A stretch of 64,000 bases of DNA from an uncultured cyanobacterium (GTDB taxonomy: Bacteria > Cyanobacteriota > Cyanobacteriia > PCC-9006 > JAAUQQ01), in contig OY970368.1 in assembly GCA_963718615.1 (NCBI GenBank), positions 4,992,001 through 5,056,000 of the forward strand. Direction: 5' to 3'. Shown here piece by piece: positions 30,914-40,600 of the stretch. The position numbers and the translations under genes are program-made. Under the pieces are notes generated by a model. It searched no databases and had not been told where the DNA came from. It saw only the letters and a list, made by a program, of their open reading frames with translations. Position 1 is the first letter of the stretch, and each line of letters opens with the position of its first letter.

Positions 30914-31000
30914 GTCTAACGGTTGCGGTCAGCGGTTGCCGATACTTTTGCATCCTACCCAAGCAGCTTTGGTCAATCCGCTGCACCGCAATTGTTATAC
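30914..31000 (-). other. integron attC site (locus A, proximal)
   Basis: On minus strand: R'' GTATAAC, left arm TTGCGGTgCAGCGGaTTG pairing with CAACCGCTGACCGCAA, R' GTTAGAC; 87 bp, 24 bp after the stop of the 552-aa gene. Confidence 0.88.
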
Positions 31001-31024
31001 AGCGTATCTATTTGGTTCGTTATG

Positions 31025-32683
31025 CTACCTTTTTCTTTTAGATTGTTGAAAGAGTAAGCCAACTGGGGATGCTTTCATCGTTTTTGCCTCTTTTTGAATC
31101 TCCTGAAACTTATTAGGTAATTCCTTCAATTTAGGTACATCAAGCAATTGATCAGCAGCAAATGCTAATAGACCAAAGGTTGGTGCACCGCTAAGAGCCG
31201 CTGCAACCTCAATAGTTCCAATTGCAATCCAACTTCCCACATCAACACCCGCAAACTTCCAAGTTTTATTACGAAGCTTTGTCATATTTTGCTGGTGTTG
31301 CTCAAAAGCACCACGAATGTTATCAACCACCTGATCAGTAGTCTGAAAGAAATTGGTTGGCTCAGATGCTGCAATATCAGATACTCCTCTGCCCAAAATT
31401 TCTCGGAGTTCTTCAGTAGCACCCTGTTGTCTCATTTCAACTAAAGCTTCTGGTGGGATATTGCCAAGCCATTGCATCTCACCTCTAGCAGCAGACTGAA
31501 GCCCTCGCACAACGTGTAGAGGAGTTAAGTCAGTGTTTGATACACGATCTGCATCGTATTCAAGTTTCCAATTAAGATATCTCCAAGATGTTTCAGCATC
31601 TATGAGTGGGGTTCCCCTAAGTTCTAGGCTCCGCCTCAATAAATCGTTGGCTTGCGACATTCGACCAATGAAATTTGGAAGAATAATATCACCCGCACGT
31701 TGTGGATTAAAGACTCTACCTTCTCCTCGCATATACTCGCGAATTTGTTCATCTAGAGTTTGTGTAGCTTCGGTATCAAAAAGAAGAAGATCAGGATTGG
31801 CAAGTGCAGCAACAAGATCACTAGGTTGCTCAAACTGTTTTGCATAATCTTGTAGCTCGTCAATTGACTCAAAGTTTCTTCCAAACATTGTAGAAACGTG
31901 CTTCAAACAATCACCCTCTGCCATAGAGTGAATAAACTCTGAATAACCTTCCTCTAAATCAAGCTTGTCAGGAACGATCGCAATGATTGGTGTATCAACT
32001 TCTGCAAGTGCTAAAGAGCGGTAACGTAATATTTGTAAACCAAACCGAAGCACTTCATATACTAATCTTTTAGGTTCCCAGTGAGGTACTAACCGTGATA
32101 TTCGCAGTAGAGGATCAGGAAGAATAATTGTATCAACATATAGACCGCAGCTAGAGGCAATGCTATGCCCTCCAGCAGGAAAGAGGGAGCCTCCATAAAC
32201 TGCTTTAATTCTATTTTGATCCTCGCTATGAATCCAAGCAGGATCTGCTATGTTTTTCCAAAACTCCTGAATTTGTTCAAGAAACTCAGGGAGATGTTGA
32301 GCAGCTTCCTGTACCTGATTAGCATCTTGTATATAGGCTCCAGCAATTTGATGAGGTTCAGCATTACGCTCTTGCATAACCTGAAATAGATCACCAAATT
32401 GGTGATCTATTGCTCTGAAAAAGGCTTCTTGTACTTGTTGTGGCGAAATAGCCTCTTTCCACTCTTCCCGATCTTGAAAGTGAGCCATCATAAGAGCCAT
32501 AGACCGCACTGTCCCATCTACAGTATCCGGATCTACTAGCCCATCTGGTGCAAGGCGTACCCTTTCTAAACTTTCCAAAACATCATCGGCAAGGTGTTCT
32601 GCAAGATGAATTTTGCCTACCTGAGCCTTCTCTCGAAGAATCATAATTCGCCGATGAAGCTCTTCTCTGTCAGTATCAGACAT
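31025..32683 (-). CDS. hypothetical cassette protein, 552 aa, candidate defence effector
   Basis: AT-richer than flanks, no exact HIP1 site noticed, bounded by GTTATAC (32837) and attC; hydrophobic pair near the C-terminus. Confidence 0.8.
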   Translation of the reverse strand: MSDTDREELHRRIMILREKAQVGKIHLAEHLADDVLESLERVRLAPDGLVDPDTVDGTVRSMALMMAHFQDREEWKEAISPQQVQEAFFRAIDHQFGDLFQVMQERNAEPHQIAGAYIQDANQVQEAAQHLPEFLEQIQEFWKNIADPAWIHSEDQNRIKAVYGGSLFPAGGHSIASSCGLYVDTIILPDPLLRISRLVPHWEPKRLVYEVLRFGLQILRYRSLALAEVDTPIIAIVPDKLDLEEGYSEFIHSMAEGDCLKHVSTMFGRNFESIDELQDYAKQFEQPSDLVAALANPDLLLFDTEATQTLDEQIREYMRGEGRVFNPQRAGDIILPNFIGRMSQANDLLRRSLELRGTPLIDAETSWRYLNWKLEYDADRVSNTDLTPLHVVRGLQSAARGEMQWLGNIPPEALVEMRQQGATEELREILGRGVSDIAASEPTNFFQTTDQVVDNIRGAFEQHQQNMTKLRNKTWKFAGVDVGSWIAIGTIEVAAALSGAPTFGLLAFAADQLLDVPKLKELPNKFQEIQKEAKTMKASPVGLLFQQSKRKR

Positions 32684-32830
32684 AGTTGAGGGTACCCCTA
32701 ACTCTACATATAGTCAATTCTAATCAATTCACTTGTGATTTGACCTAAATGTAGCGGGACTTCGTTGAAGCCTGAACATTATGCCCTAGCAGGAAATCTT
32801 CACAGGCTGTCTTCAGCAGAGAACGAAGCT

Positions 32831-32870
32831 GTATAACAATCTGATTAGACTGAATGACCTCCACCTAATC
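32831..32870 (-). other. attI-like recombination site (locus A)
   Basis: Minus strand GATTAGGTGGAGGTCATTCAGTCTAATCAGATTG|TTATAC; GTTATAC is the exact complement of the next attC's R''; 29/40 identical to 52918-52957. Confidence 0.7.
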
Positions 32871-32891
32871 CCCAGACTACAGGGTCTTATA

Positions 32892-34721
32892 CCCGGATTT
32901 CTCACCAGGGCGGATAGAGAGTATCAGGCTTGCCCGAAATGAGATGAGCAGTCTGTTGACTCGAGCAATAGAGGATGCCTGAGGCATCTTTCAGGCTGTC
33001 TATGCTGTAAAGGTAGTCATTGTGCTCTAGATATGGGGCTTCAGGCAGATTTTGAGCAGGTCAAAGCAAGGGTGTGTAATCTCACCCTTGGAGAGTCGTT
33101 GAATTAAAGTCGGAGCGAAAGGCTAGAGTTCTACTCATCGGTCTATCCTGGCCTAGGGAGTCGTCTGCGCAACTGTTGTGCTGCCGCTTCAAAGAGGGTT
33201 TGTATGGGCGAAGCGAAAGTGAATGCGACGAGAATGCGCCTGACAGAGATGCGAACCTGTGCGCCAAGCTTGAGCAGCTTGCGTCGAATGGTGCCCAGAG
33301 TCGCATCAGCGAGTTCAGTTTTGGCGAGTGCCTTGAGGCGCAGGGCCTGCATCAAGACATAGGCGAAGGATGAAAACCAGAGTCTGAGCTGATTGCTTTC
33401 AAAGTCATGGGTGGAGGTGCGGTCGCTGAAGAGGTCAAGCTGATGCTCCTTGATGCGATTTTCCATCTCTCCTCGCGGACAGTAATAATCGCGGTGAAGG
33501 TGAGCGGGATGGGCCTGCTGTGCTGTCAAAGAGGTGACAACGAAATGGCGACGTGGGCCATTGCCATCGTAGGTGAGCTTGCAAATGACGCGACGCTCAC
33601 AGCTCCAGGATTTAAGCGTGGCATAGCTCAAGGACTGATGCCAAACCTGGGGCGGAACCAAGCGGTTGAGTTCAGCCTCTAGTTCACTTGCACTCTGCTC
33701 TAACAGAGGTTCTAAGGTGGCAGCAACCGTTTGGCGCTGGGCCTCATAAACGGCTTTGGCTCGCTGTTCTAACCCCCAAGTCAATTGGCGCAAGCGCTCA
33801 TTGCTGCTGTGGGCAAAAACAAAGTCCACCTGGGCTTCACCTTCACACCACAGCATGATGTCATCTCGGCTGTAAGCACTATCGCCGCGCACCAGAATCT
33901 TCACCTTCGGCCAATGACCTCGAATCTGAGCCACGATGCGTTGGAGTTCTTCTAACGCTCCCGCTGCGGGGTCCACATTGGCCGGTCGCAGTTTTGCACT
34001 CAACAAATGGCGACCACTGAAGATGAGCAACGGGGTGTAGCAGTCATGGCGGTAATACCCATTGAACGCTGAACCTTCCTGGGTGCCATGGGTGGGGTCA
34101 TCGGTGACATCCATGTCCAGGATGATTTGTTTCGGTTCACCTTCGAGTTGTTCGATGAATAGCTCCACCAAGAGCGCCTCGATGGCAGCCGGGTCCAGGC
34201 TCAGTTTCACGTAGCGCGAATCTGACAAGTCGCGGGGGACATGCATCGCTTGCTCCAATCGGTTGAGGGTGCTCTTGCCCGCTAACGGTGCACAGCGCGG
34301 ATGCTGGCTTTCTAACTGACCCAGAACTACCCCAAATAATCGCTCATGCCGAAGGTCGTCATGGTCATTCACGTCCTCGTAGCCTTGCACCAATCCATAA
34401 AGCCGTTGCCCGAGCAGCGTTTTCAATTCATGTTGCACCCGGCTGCCATCGCGGTGATCCGTAAAGCACTCGGACAGCCGCTCACTGATTCGATATAGCT
34501 GGTCGATTTCTCGAATTAGCAGCAGCCCTCCATCACTGCTGAGCTCACCACCGCTAAAGTTCGCTACTATCTTGCGTTGATTCAGGCGTCCAAACTCGTA
34601 GCTTGGCAAGTTACACTCTGTTTGGGTCGGGGCCATCTTTGCAAACCGCTGAATGTCTTGTGGTTATTACATTCTCGCTGGTTGGTGACCCCGATCCCTC
34701 GGCACTGGTGAGATATCCGGG
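32892..34721 (-). mobile_element. IS1380-family insertion sequence, 1830 bp
   Basis: Terminal IRs CCCGGATTTCTCACCAG / CCCGGATATCTCACCAG (16/17), 5-bp target duplication TTATA. Confidence 0.93.
33143..34636 (-). CDS. IS1380 DDE transposase
   Basis: FSGGELSSDGGLLL, GYEDVNDHDDLR, LDMDVTDDPTHG, VRGDSAY, RGEMENRIKE. Confidence 0.95.
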   Translation of the reverse strand: MAPTQTECNLPSYEFGRLNQRKIVANFSGGELSSDGGLLLIREIDQLYRISERLSECFTDHRDGSRVQHELKTLLGQRLYGLVQGYEDVNDHDDLRHERLFGVVLGQLESQHPRCAPLAGKSTLNRLEQAMHVPRDLSDSRYVKLSLDPAAIEALLVELFIEQLEGEPKQIILDMDVTDDPTHGTQEGSAFNGYYRHDCYTPLLIFSGRHLLSAKLRPANVDPAAGALEELQRIVAQIRGHWPKVKILVRGDSAYSRDDIMLWCEGEAQVDFVFAHSSNERLRQLTWGLEQRAKAVYEAQRQTVAATLEPLLEQSASELEAELNRLVPPQVWHQSLSYATLKSWSCERRVICKLTYDGNGPRRHFVVTSLTAQQAHPAHLHRDYYCPRGEMENRIKEHQLDLFSDRTSTHDFESNQLRLWFSSFAYVLMQALRLKALAKTELADATLGTIRRKLLKLGAQVRISVRRILVAFTFASPIQTLFEAAAQQLRRRLPRPG

Positions 34722-35190
34722 TTATACAGAGCTGCTTCAGTCTATTCCCCAAATTAGGAATATTAGACCGAACCAGAGTCGGTATAATCCCCAAAAACGA
34801 ACAATTAGGCGGAATGTCATTCCGCCTAATCCCGGATTTAGCGTCTTAGCCCGAATCTCATTCCTCATAATATCCACAATCCCCCGGATAAGACGATCAC
34901 CAGGCTTTTCCTGTCAAAAATCTTTGCATAGCATTTCGCCTAATCCCCCAAATCCCGCCTTAGACCGAAGCACCGAACATCCGCCCCCTTCAACAACACC
35001 TCCAGTTCAACCATGAAACCGACCAATTAGAGGCATGCAGTTCGGGGTCTGGGCGTTTGGCAAAGAAACAATCAGAGAACCGAAGCAGCCTGATTGCCCT
35101 GGTACCCAGCAGCAGCGATCGCAACCTTCCCACCTTCCCTGGGAAAACTAGAATCATCCGCTCAGGCTCATCCCGGTACCTGCTAGTCCC

Positions 35191-36372
35191 ATGCCTACCG
35201 CCGCATCTGCTCTCAAAAAAGGAATTCGTGCCATCCAAGCCGGTCGCTACACCGACGCGATCGCCCTCCTCCAATCCTGGTGCGACCAAGCCGGTCCCGA
35301 GGCCGAAGCCTATCCCGAAGCGGTGAAAGTCCTCGTGCGGGCCTATCGGGAAGCCGAACGCTGGGAAGATGCGATCGCCCTCTGCGAAGACCTAGCCGAA
35401 CACAGCGACCCCGCCCTCAAACATTGGGCTTGGCAAATGCTGCCAGTCCTGAGCAAAGCGCAGCCCGTCGATGGTCCCACCACGGAATTTGTCACCCTAC
35501 CCCACGCAGAAGCCGACCACACCGCCTTACAGATCGCCAAAAAATCAGTTCCCCTCGGAGATACCGCCGAACAACGTCAACTGCTCGCCGGGGCCAGGGA
35601 AGCCCTGGAAGCGCAACGCTATGGCACAGCCGTAGAACAGTTTGAAGCCTATCTGCGCCAAAAAAAGCAATTCGACCCGGCCAAGGCCCAAACCCACATT
35701 GCCCTAGCCCGCGCCTATCAAGGCAATCAACAGCGCCAGGAAGCCATTAACCTCTGCCAGCATTTGCTCAAAATTGGCGATCAGGGCACCAAACGCTGGG
35801 CACACCAATTTCTAGAAGCCATCAAACGCTATCCCAAAGCCCGCGATCCCTTGGCAGAACAACGCCAAGCCCGCAAACCCCCCACCCATTTGCAGTGGGA
35901 CATTTCGGAATCGGCCTTGGTGATTGCGATCCATACTTCGGTTTATGCCGGATTAGTCCTCTCTCCCCTGGTACCGGGAACCTTGTGGCGCGATTTGGGC
36001 TTAGCGCTGATTCAAGCAGGCACGATTACGCCGGAGTTGATCTTGCCCTTGGCGATCGCCCTGCTCCCCCTCAGCTTTCCCGCCGCATTACTCTACAGCT
36101 CCAAGGAACAAGCGATTCGGGGCCATGCTCGGGAAGTGGTGAACTATTGGATTACCTTGTTTGCGATCGCCCTCGCCGTCAGTCTCCTCGGCCCCTTGTG
36201 GACCATGCTGATGGAATGGGTTGCCAAGCTACCGCTGTTGTTTAATCTCACCAAACTTGTCCTTTCTCTGGCCGGATTCGGCTATGGTGCCGCTCCGCTC
36301 TTGGCGATTTTATGGCACTTTAAGAAACCCGAGCGCCGCTTCCGCTATCCTTTTATCCTACGCTTCATTTAA
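35191..36372 (+). CDS. TPR-repeat membrane protein with C-terminal DUF4870-like segment
   Basis: Two TPR-like modules (EAINLCQHL...WA), TM helices, HAREVVNYWIT and FRYPFILRFI terminus. Confidence 0.7.
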   Translation: MPTAASALKKGIRAIQAGRYTDAIALLQSWCDQAGPEAEAYPEAVKVLVRAYREAERWEDAIALCEDLAEHSDPALKHWAWQMLPVLSKAQPVDGPTTEFVTLPHAEADHTALQIAKKSVPLGDTAEQRQLLAGAREALEAQRYGTAVEQFEAYLRQKKQFDPAKAQTHIALARAYQGNQQRQEAINLCQHLLKIGDQGTKRWAHQFLEAIKRYPKARDPLAEQRQARKPPTHLQWDISESALVIAIHTSVYAGLVLSPLVPGTLWRDLGLALIQAGTITPELILPLAIALLPLSFPAALLYSSKEQAIRGHAREVVNYWITLFAIALAVSLLGPLWTMLMEWVAKLPLLFNLTKLVLSLAGFGYGAAPLLAILWHFKKPERRFRYPFILRFI

Positions 36373-36398
36373 GCGGATTCGCTGCAAGCGTTGCATCC

Positions 36399-36433
36399 GG
36401 TCAAAACTCAGGTCAAACTCAGGTCAAATCAGG
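36399..36433 (+). repeat. three ~11-bp tandem repeats upstream of the GIY-YIG gene
   Basis: GGTCAAAACTCA GGTCAAACTCA GGTCAAATCA GG. Confidence 0.7.
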
Positions 36434-36742
36434 GTGAAAAGCTGGTTTCTTTATCTCATTCGGTGTCGTGATCATTCGCTCTATGTTGGTATCACAACCG
36501 ATATTAAGCGACGGTTTGCAGAACATTCGGCCCAAGGCCCCCGCTGTGCCAAGTATTTGCGAGGCCGCGCACCGCTCACGCTGGTGTACCAAACAGAAGT
36601 CGGCACAAAATCAGCAGCCTCTCGCCTAGAACTGCGACTGAAGCGCTGGCCCAAGGCCAAGAAAGAAGCGCTGGTGCTCGGACAAATCCCCTTAGACCCT
36701 AGTTTGCCTTCGACCGCAACGTCCCCGACCGCCGAGGCTTGA
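36434..36742 (+). CDS. small GIY-YIG nuclease family protein (UPF0213-like)
   Basis: WFLYLIRC..SLYVGITTDIKRRFAEH..AKYLRGR..LELRLK; GTG start at 36434. Confidence 0.88.
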   Translation: MKSWFLYLIRCRDHSLYVGITTDIKRRFAEHSAQGPRCAKYLRGRAPLTLVYQTEVGTKSAASRLELRLKRWPKAKKEALVLGQIPLDPSLPSTATSPTAEA

Positions 36743-37565
36743 GATTCAACGGAATGAGGCGGGGTTGTAGACTATGCAACAAAGCTTCTCGAACGGCGGG
36801 TTCCGTTTCCTGATGCAGCAAGAGCTGAAAGGCTTGCTCCGCCAACCGCTGCTGATCCGATTCCAGCAGATGCTGATCGATCAAACGCTGGAGCTGACGG
36901 ACAGCCAATAAACGCTTGAGGGGTTCTGGATGGGCCAGTTTATCCAGGACCTGTTCAAAATCGACCTCGAAGCGATCGCCCTCGCGCCCCATCACCAGCG
37001 TCGTCAACACCAACAGCAGCGCCAGCATCCCGCCGCCCAGCAAAATCAAACTCGACGCCAACCAAAGGCTATGGGCATCTTCCCAAATGCTCACGGTCAT
37101 GTAGGTGCCGAGCATCGCCAACCCCCCACTGGCCACCGACAACAACAGCAACCGCTGGGGTCCCGCGCACCAGCGTCGCAGGTGATCGATCCAAGCTTGC
37201 CAATTTTGTTTTTGGAGGAGATAAACCAACCCCATCACCCCAGTTCCGACTCCGAGGGCCAGCATTAACTTACAATTCCAGGCCACAAGACCGCCCAAGG
37301 CCACAACGGCAAAGAGCTTGGTTGCCCAGCCGCGATGTTTGTACAGAAAACGCTGGAGCGATCGCGCCTGCTGTCGATTCGTTCGCGGTCGGGTCCCCCC
37401 AGCGGCTTGGCGGGAGAACTGGCCCAGGGCGCGGCAGACATCCTGGAAGGCAACAAGGAGAGTACGGCGGGGGGCAGGGTGAACCACGGTATTTTCTAGG
37501 AACTTCCTGGGCAAAGAAAAAGCAGGGAACAGGACTAGGAGCAATGTTTCCAAGCCCGCCCCCAT
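36699..37565 (-). CDS. conserved cyanobacterial membrane protein with C-terminal HEAT/ARM-like region (start uncertain)
   Basis: Several TM helices then PLKRLLAVRQL and ETEPAVREALL. Confidence 0.65.
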   Translation of the reverse strand: MGAGLETLLLVLFPAFSLPRKFLENTVVHPAPRRTLLVAFQDVCRALGQFSRQAAGGTRPRTNRQQARSLQRFLYKHRGWATKLFAVVALGGLVAWNCKLMLALGVGTGVMGLVYLLQKQNWQAWIDHLRRWCAGPQRLLLLSVASGGLAMLGTYMTVSIWEDAHSLWLASSLILLGGGMLALLLVLTTLVMGREGDRFEVDFEQVLDKLAHPEPLKRLLAVRQLQRLIDQHLLESDQQRLAEQAFQLLLHQETEPAVREALLHSLQPRLIPLNLKPRRSGTLRSKAN

Positions 37566-37610
37566 TCTATACCGAGCGGTCTTGAATGGCCCGTCTTTTT
37601 GAACTGACCT

Positions 37611-40600
37611 CTAGGGATCACCCTGGAGGGGAAGCCGGGGACAATCGGCAGCGCTGAGCTGGAGATAATCCAGACATTCCTGCGGGGTGAGCTGACGGAA
37701 GCTGCGATCGCGCGCCAGTTTGCGCAAACTCTTGGCCGTCGCGGCCCAAAAGGCAACGGTGCCCTCGGTATTCACCGCTGCGATAAATTGCCCATCGGGG
37801 CTATAGGTCACCTGGACAATGCCTTCCGTTACGTCCTGGGGGGTCTCTAGCGGGGTCTCTAGCAAGGTAATCTGACCCGTTTTGATCGACCAAAGGCGCA
37901 CAGTGCCATCGCGGTGGCCCGTGGCAAGCTGCTGCCCCTCGGGGGAAAATGCCAGGTCGCGGATGGGGCTCATTTTTGCTCCCGGTTCTGGCCCCTGCCC
38001 CAGGGATTGGGTTTGGCCCGTTTTCAGGTCGATCAGGGTGAGCGCACCGTCGGAGAACGTGGCTGCCAGGGTTTTGCCACTGGGATCGAGATGGGCGATC
38101 GCGATCCCCGGTAATTCAAACCGATGCAATTGTTTGCCGGTTTTGACGGCCCAGAGAGTGACAGTACCCGTCGGACTCACGGTTAAGAGGCGTCTGCCAT
38201 CGTGGCTAAACTGGGCGCTGGCGATCGCCCCCAAGGCTTGGGGCCAGAGGGCCTGTTGCCCACTATCTGTATCCCAAAGATGCAGCTGCTGGTGACGATC
38301 GATGGCCAAAAGGCTGCGACCTTCAGGGCTGAGCTCAAGGGTTTGCAGCGCCGGGGAGGACGGCGCGGAGTCGGTAGTCCCTTGGGATTCCAGATCCGGG
38401 TCTAGATTCGGGTTCACAGTGGCGTCTAGCGGATCCAGATCCGTCACTAAAATCTCGGCCCGGCGCAGATCCCAAACCTGAATATCCCCATTGGCATGGG
38501 CCGTGGCAACGGTCTGAAAATCGCCAGTCCAGTCGGCTAACTGAATCGGGGAGTGGGGCTCAATGTCGAGGACAGCGGTTTCCTGCTGAAAGCCTTGGGG
38601 AATGTTCCAGCGGTTGAGCTGACCGGCTGAGTCCAAGAGCAAAAACTCCAGGCCCGTGGGTCGGGTCGATCGCACCTGGAAGGGTTGGCGCGGTTGCAGT
38701 CCTAGCCAGCGCAGCGGGGCCAGGAGGCGATCGGGCACGGGCGCAGGTTGAGCCTCGGATTGAGAACTGGCAGCAGCCATCGGCTCCAGGATCGGCTCTA
38801 CCGATGCCCTAGGGAAGACTTGCGCAAAGCCCTGACGAATTCCCTCGGTGTGCAGGGGCGGCAGCTCATACCCTGGCTGGGCATCCCAAAATTGCAGATG
38901 GCGCGCATTGACGGTCACAAGGGTGTTGCCATCGGGGCTAAAGCGAGCATCCAGCAGGTCGGAAGCCTCGTCGGCCTCGCGCAGCACCGCCTGTCTGTGG
39001 CCCGTTTTGAGGTCCCAAAGCTGGGCAGCGTGGGGCTGAATTGCCAGGAGTTGGGTGCGATCGCCCTTCAACCGCACCAGGGGCACATCCGCGCCCTCGG
39101 TCAATTGCAACAGATTTTGTAGTTCTCCCGTTGCGGCATCCCACAACCAGGCCCGATTGCCCTGCACCGAGATCACTTGCGATCCGTCCGTCGAAAAGTC
39201 AAGCTGCTGGGGCTGCCCGGTTTGGATTTGCAACGACGCGGTGACCCGCAGTTGGTGACGCAATTCACCAGTGGCACGATCCCAGAGGTAGAGCGTACCG
39301 TTATGGCCGACAGCGGCGATCGCCCCCGTCTGCGGACCCAATTTTGGACTCAGACGAATCTGGGTAATGGGCGTGGAGGCACTCAGTTCTAGCTCCTGAA
39401 TGCCGGTTTCCAGATCCCAGAGACGCAAACGGCGATCGCCCCCGCTGGTCAAGAGATAGCGACCATCCTCACTAAACTGCATCTGTTCCACTGGGGTGTC
39501 ATGGTCGAGGGTTCCGAGGAATCGCGGCTTGGTGCCTTCGGTATCCCACAGGTAAACCAAACGACCGGCGATCGCCGCCAACCGGGGCTGGGTCGGACTA
39601 TATAAAATCTGCTCCGGCGGTATCGGCAAGTCTGTGAGCACCTGCTTCACCTGGCCCGAAGGCAAGGACCAAATGGCAATTTCTGGGCGATCGGGGGTCA
39701 TGGCCGCCAGTTGATCGCCCGTGGGACTGAGACTCAGCCCCGTAATCCGCACCTCAGCCACCGGACGGGAAGAGGTATCCACAAACGCGAAGCGCTGGAG
39801 GTCAGGCCCAACTCCGACATTGCGGGTGGTCTGGAGCGAACCAGCGCTCGCCATCGCCGGTTGAGCCAACAACGACTGCATCAGCCGAGAGGCGCGAGTG
39901 GCAGCGGGTTCCTGGGGCCAGACTAATTTTTGCTGAATGCGGGCGGATTGTTGCTGATCTAAGATAGGACCCACTTTCCAAAAATAGGCTTGTCCCATAG
40001 GGTCAATTCCGGCAATCAGAGGCTGTTGGCTAGACCACTGGAGCGATCGCGGTGCCGTCCGGGTTTTGTACTCTGCCCGCAGCTGCATACTGCGCAGCGC
40101 CTCTCGCAGAAGCTGATCCGAAGCGGGATCAAGGACTTGTTCCGGCGACGGAGGCATGGTCCAGCGGCTGAGCAGCAGCGCTGGGGTCGGGTCGGCCTCG
40201 TCATTGGCCAAAATCTTTTGGGCCGCTTGGCGACTGGGCAAGGTTTGAGCAGCGGGGGGATGAGACCCGGACCAATATTGATGCACCACGGCAAAGAGCG
40301 TTGCCGTCAGTGCCGAGGGCAGTCCGACCTGCAACAATCGTGAACTGTGTCGCAGCTTCTGGTTTTCCTTTTGACTCAAGTGGATGTAGTGCTGCGCAAT
40401 CGACGACAAATCCTCAGGATGATTGCGCAAATAGGCTTCTGCTGCCCGGAGCTTGGTTCCCTGGAGCCAGCCTTCACCACTGAACAACTCGTTGCGATCG
40501 CACCATTCCTTTGCCGCTGCTTCAATCCAGCGCTGTTGGGTGAGGCGATCGCGATCGGTTTTAAGCCACTGTCGCAGATCGGGCCAGTCCCGGATCAGGG

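Larger units (their letters stand above)
32844..34970. repeat. phased array of 26-27-bp palindromes (41-42 bp period), split by IS1380
   Basis: Units at 32844, 32886 (continuing at 34727 after the IS), 34762, 34804 (perfect ATTAGGCGGAATG-T-CATTCCGCCTAAT), 34845; degenerate half-sites at 34888, 34935, 34959. Confidence 0.8.

Noticed and set aside
34721-34970. CRISPR array interpretation of the ~41-bp periodic palindromes (also 52798-52944)
   Set aside because: Repeats are far too divergent, the intervening segments are only 14-16 bp, no cas genes are present, and both arrays end at a cassette GTT site.
34603-35016. 137-aa ORF spanning the IS1380 end and the palindrome array
   Set aside because: It crosses an IS boundary and translates repeat DNA; no protein-like features.
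34970-35190. Integrase gene expected beyond the locus A palindrome array
   Set aside because: No IntI-like frame found; only CCATGAAACCG resembles the sequence before the locus B stub, which is too little to call.
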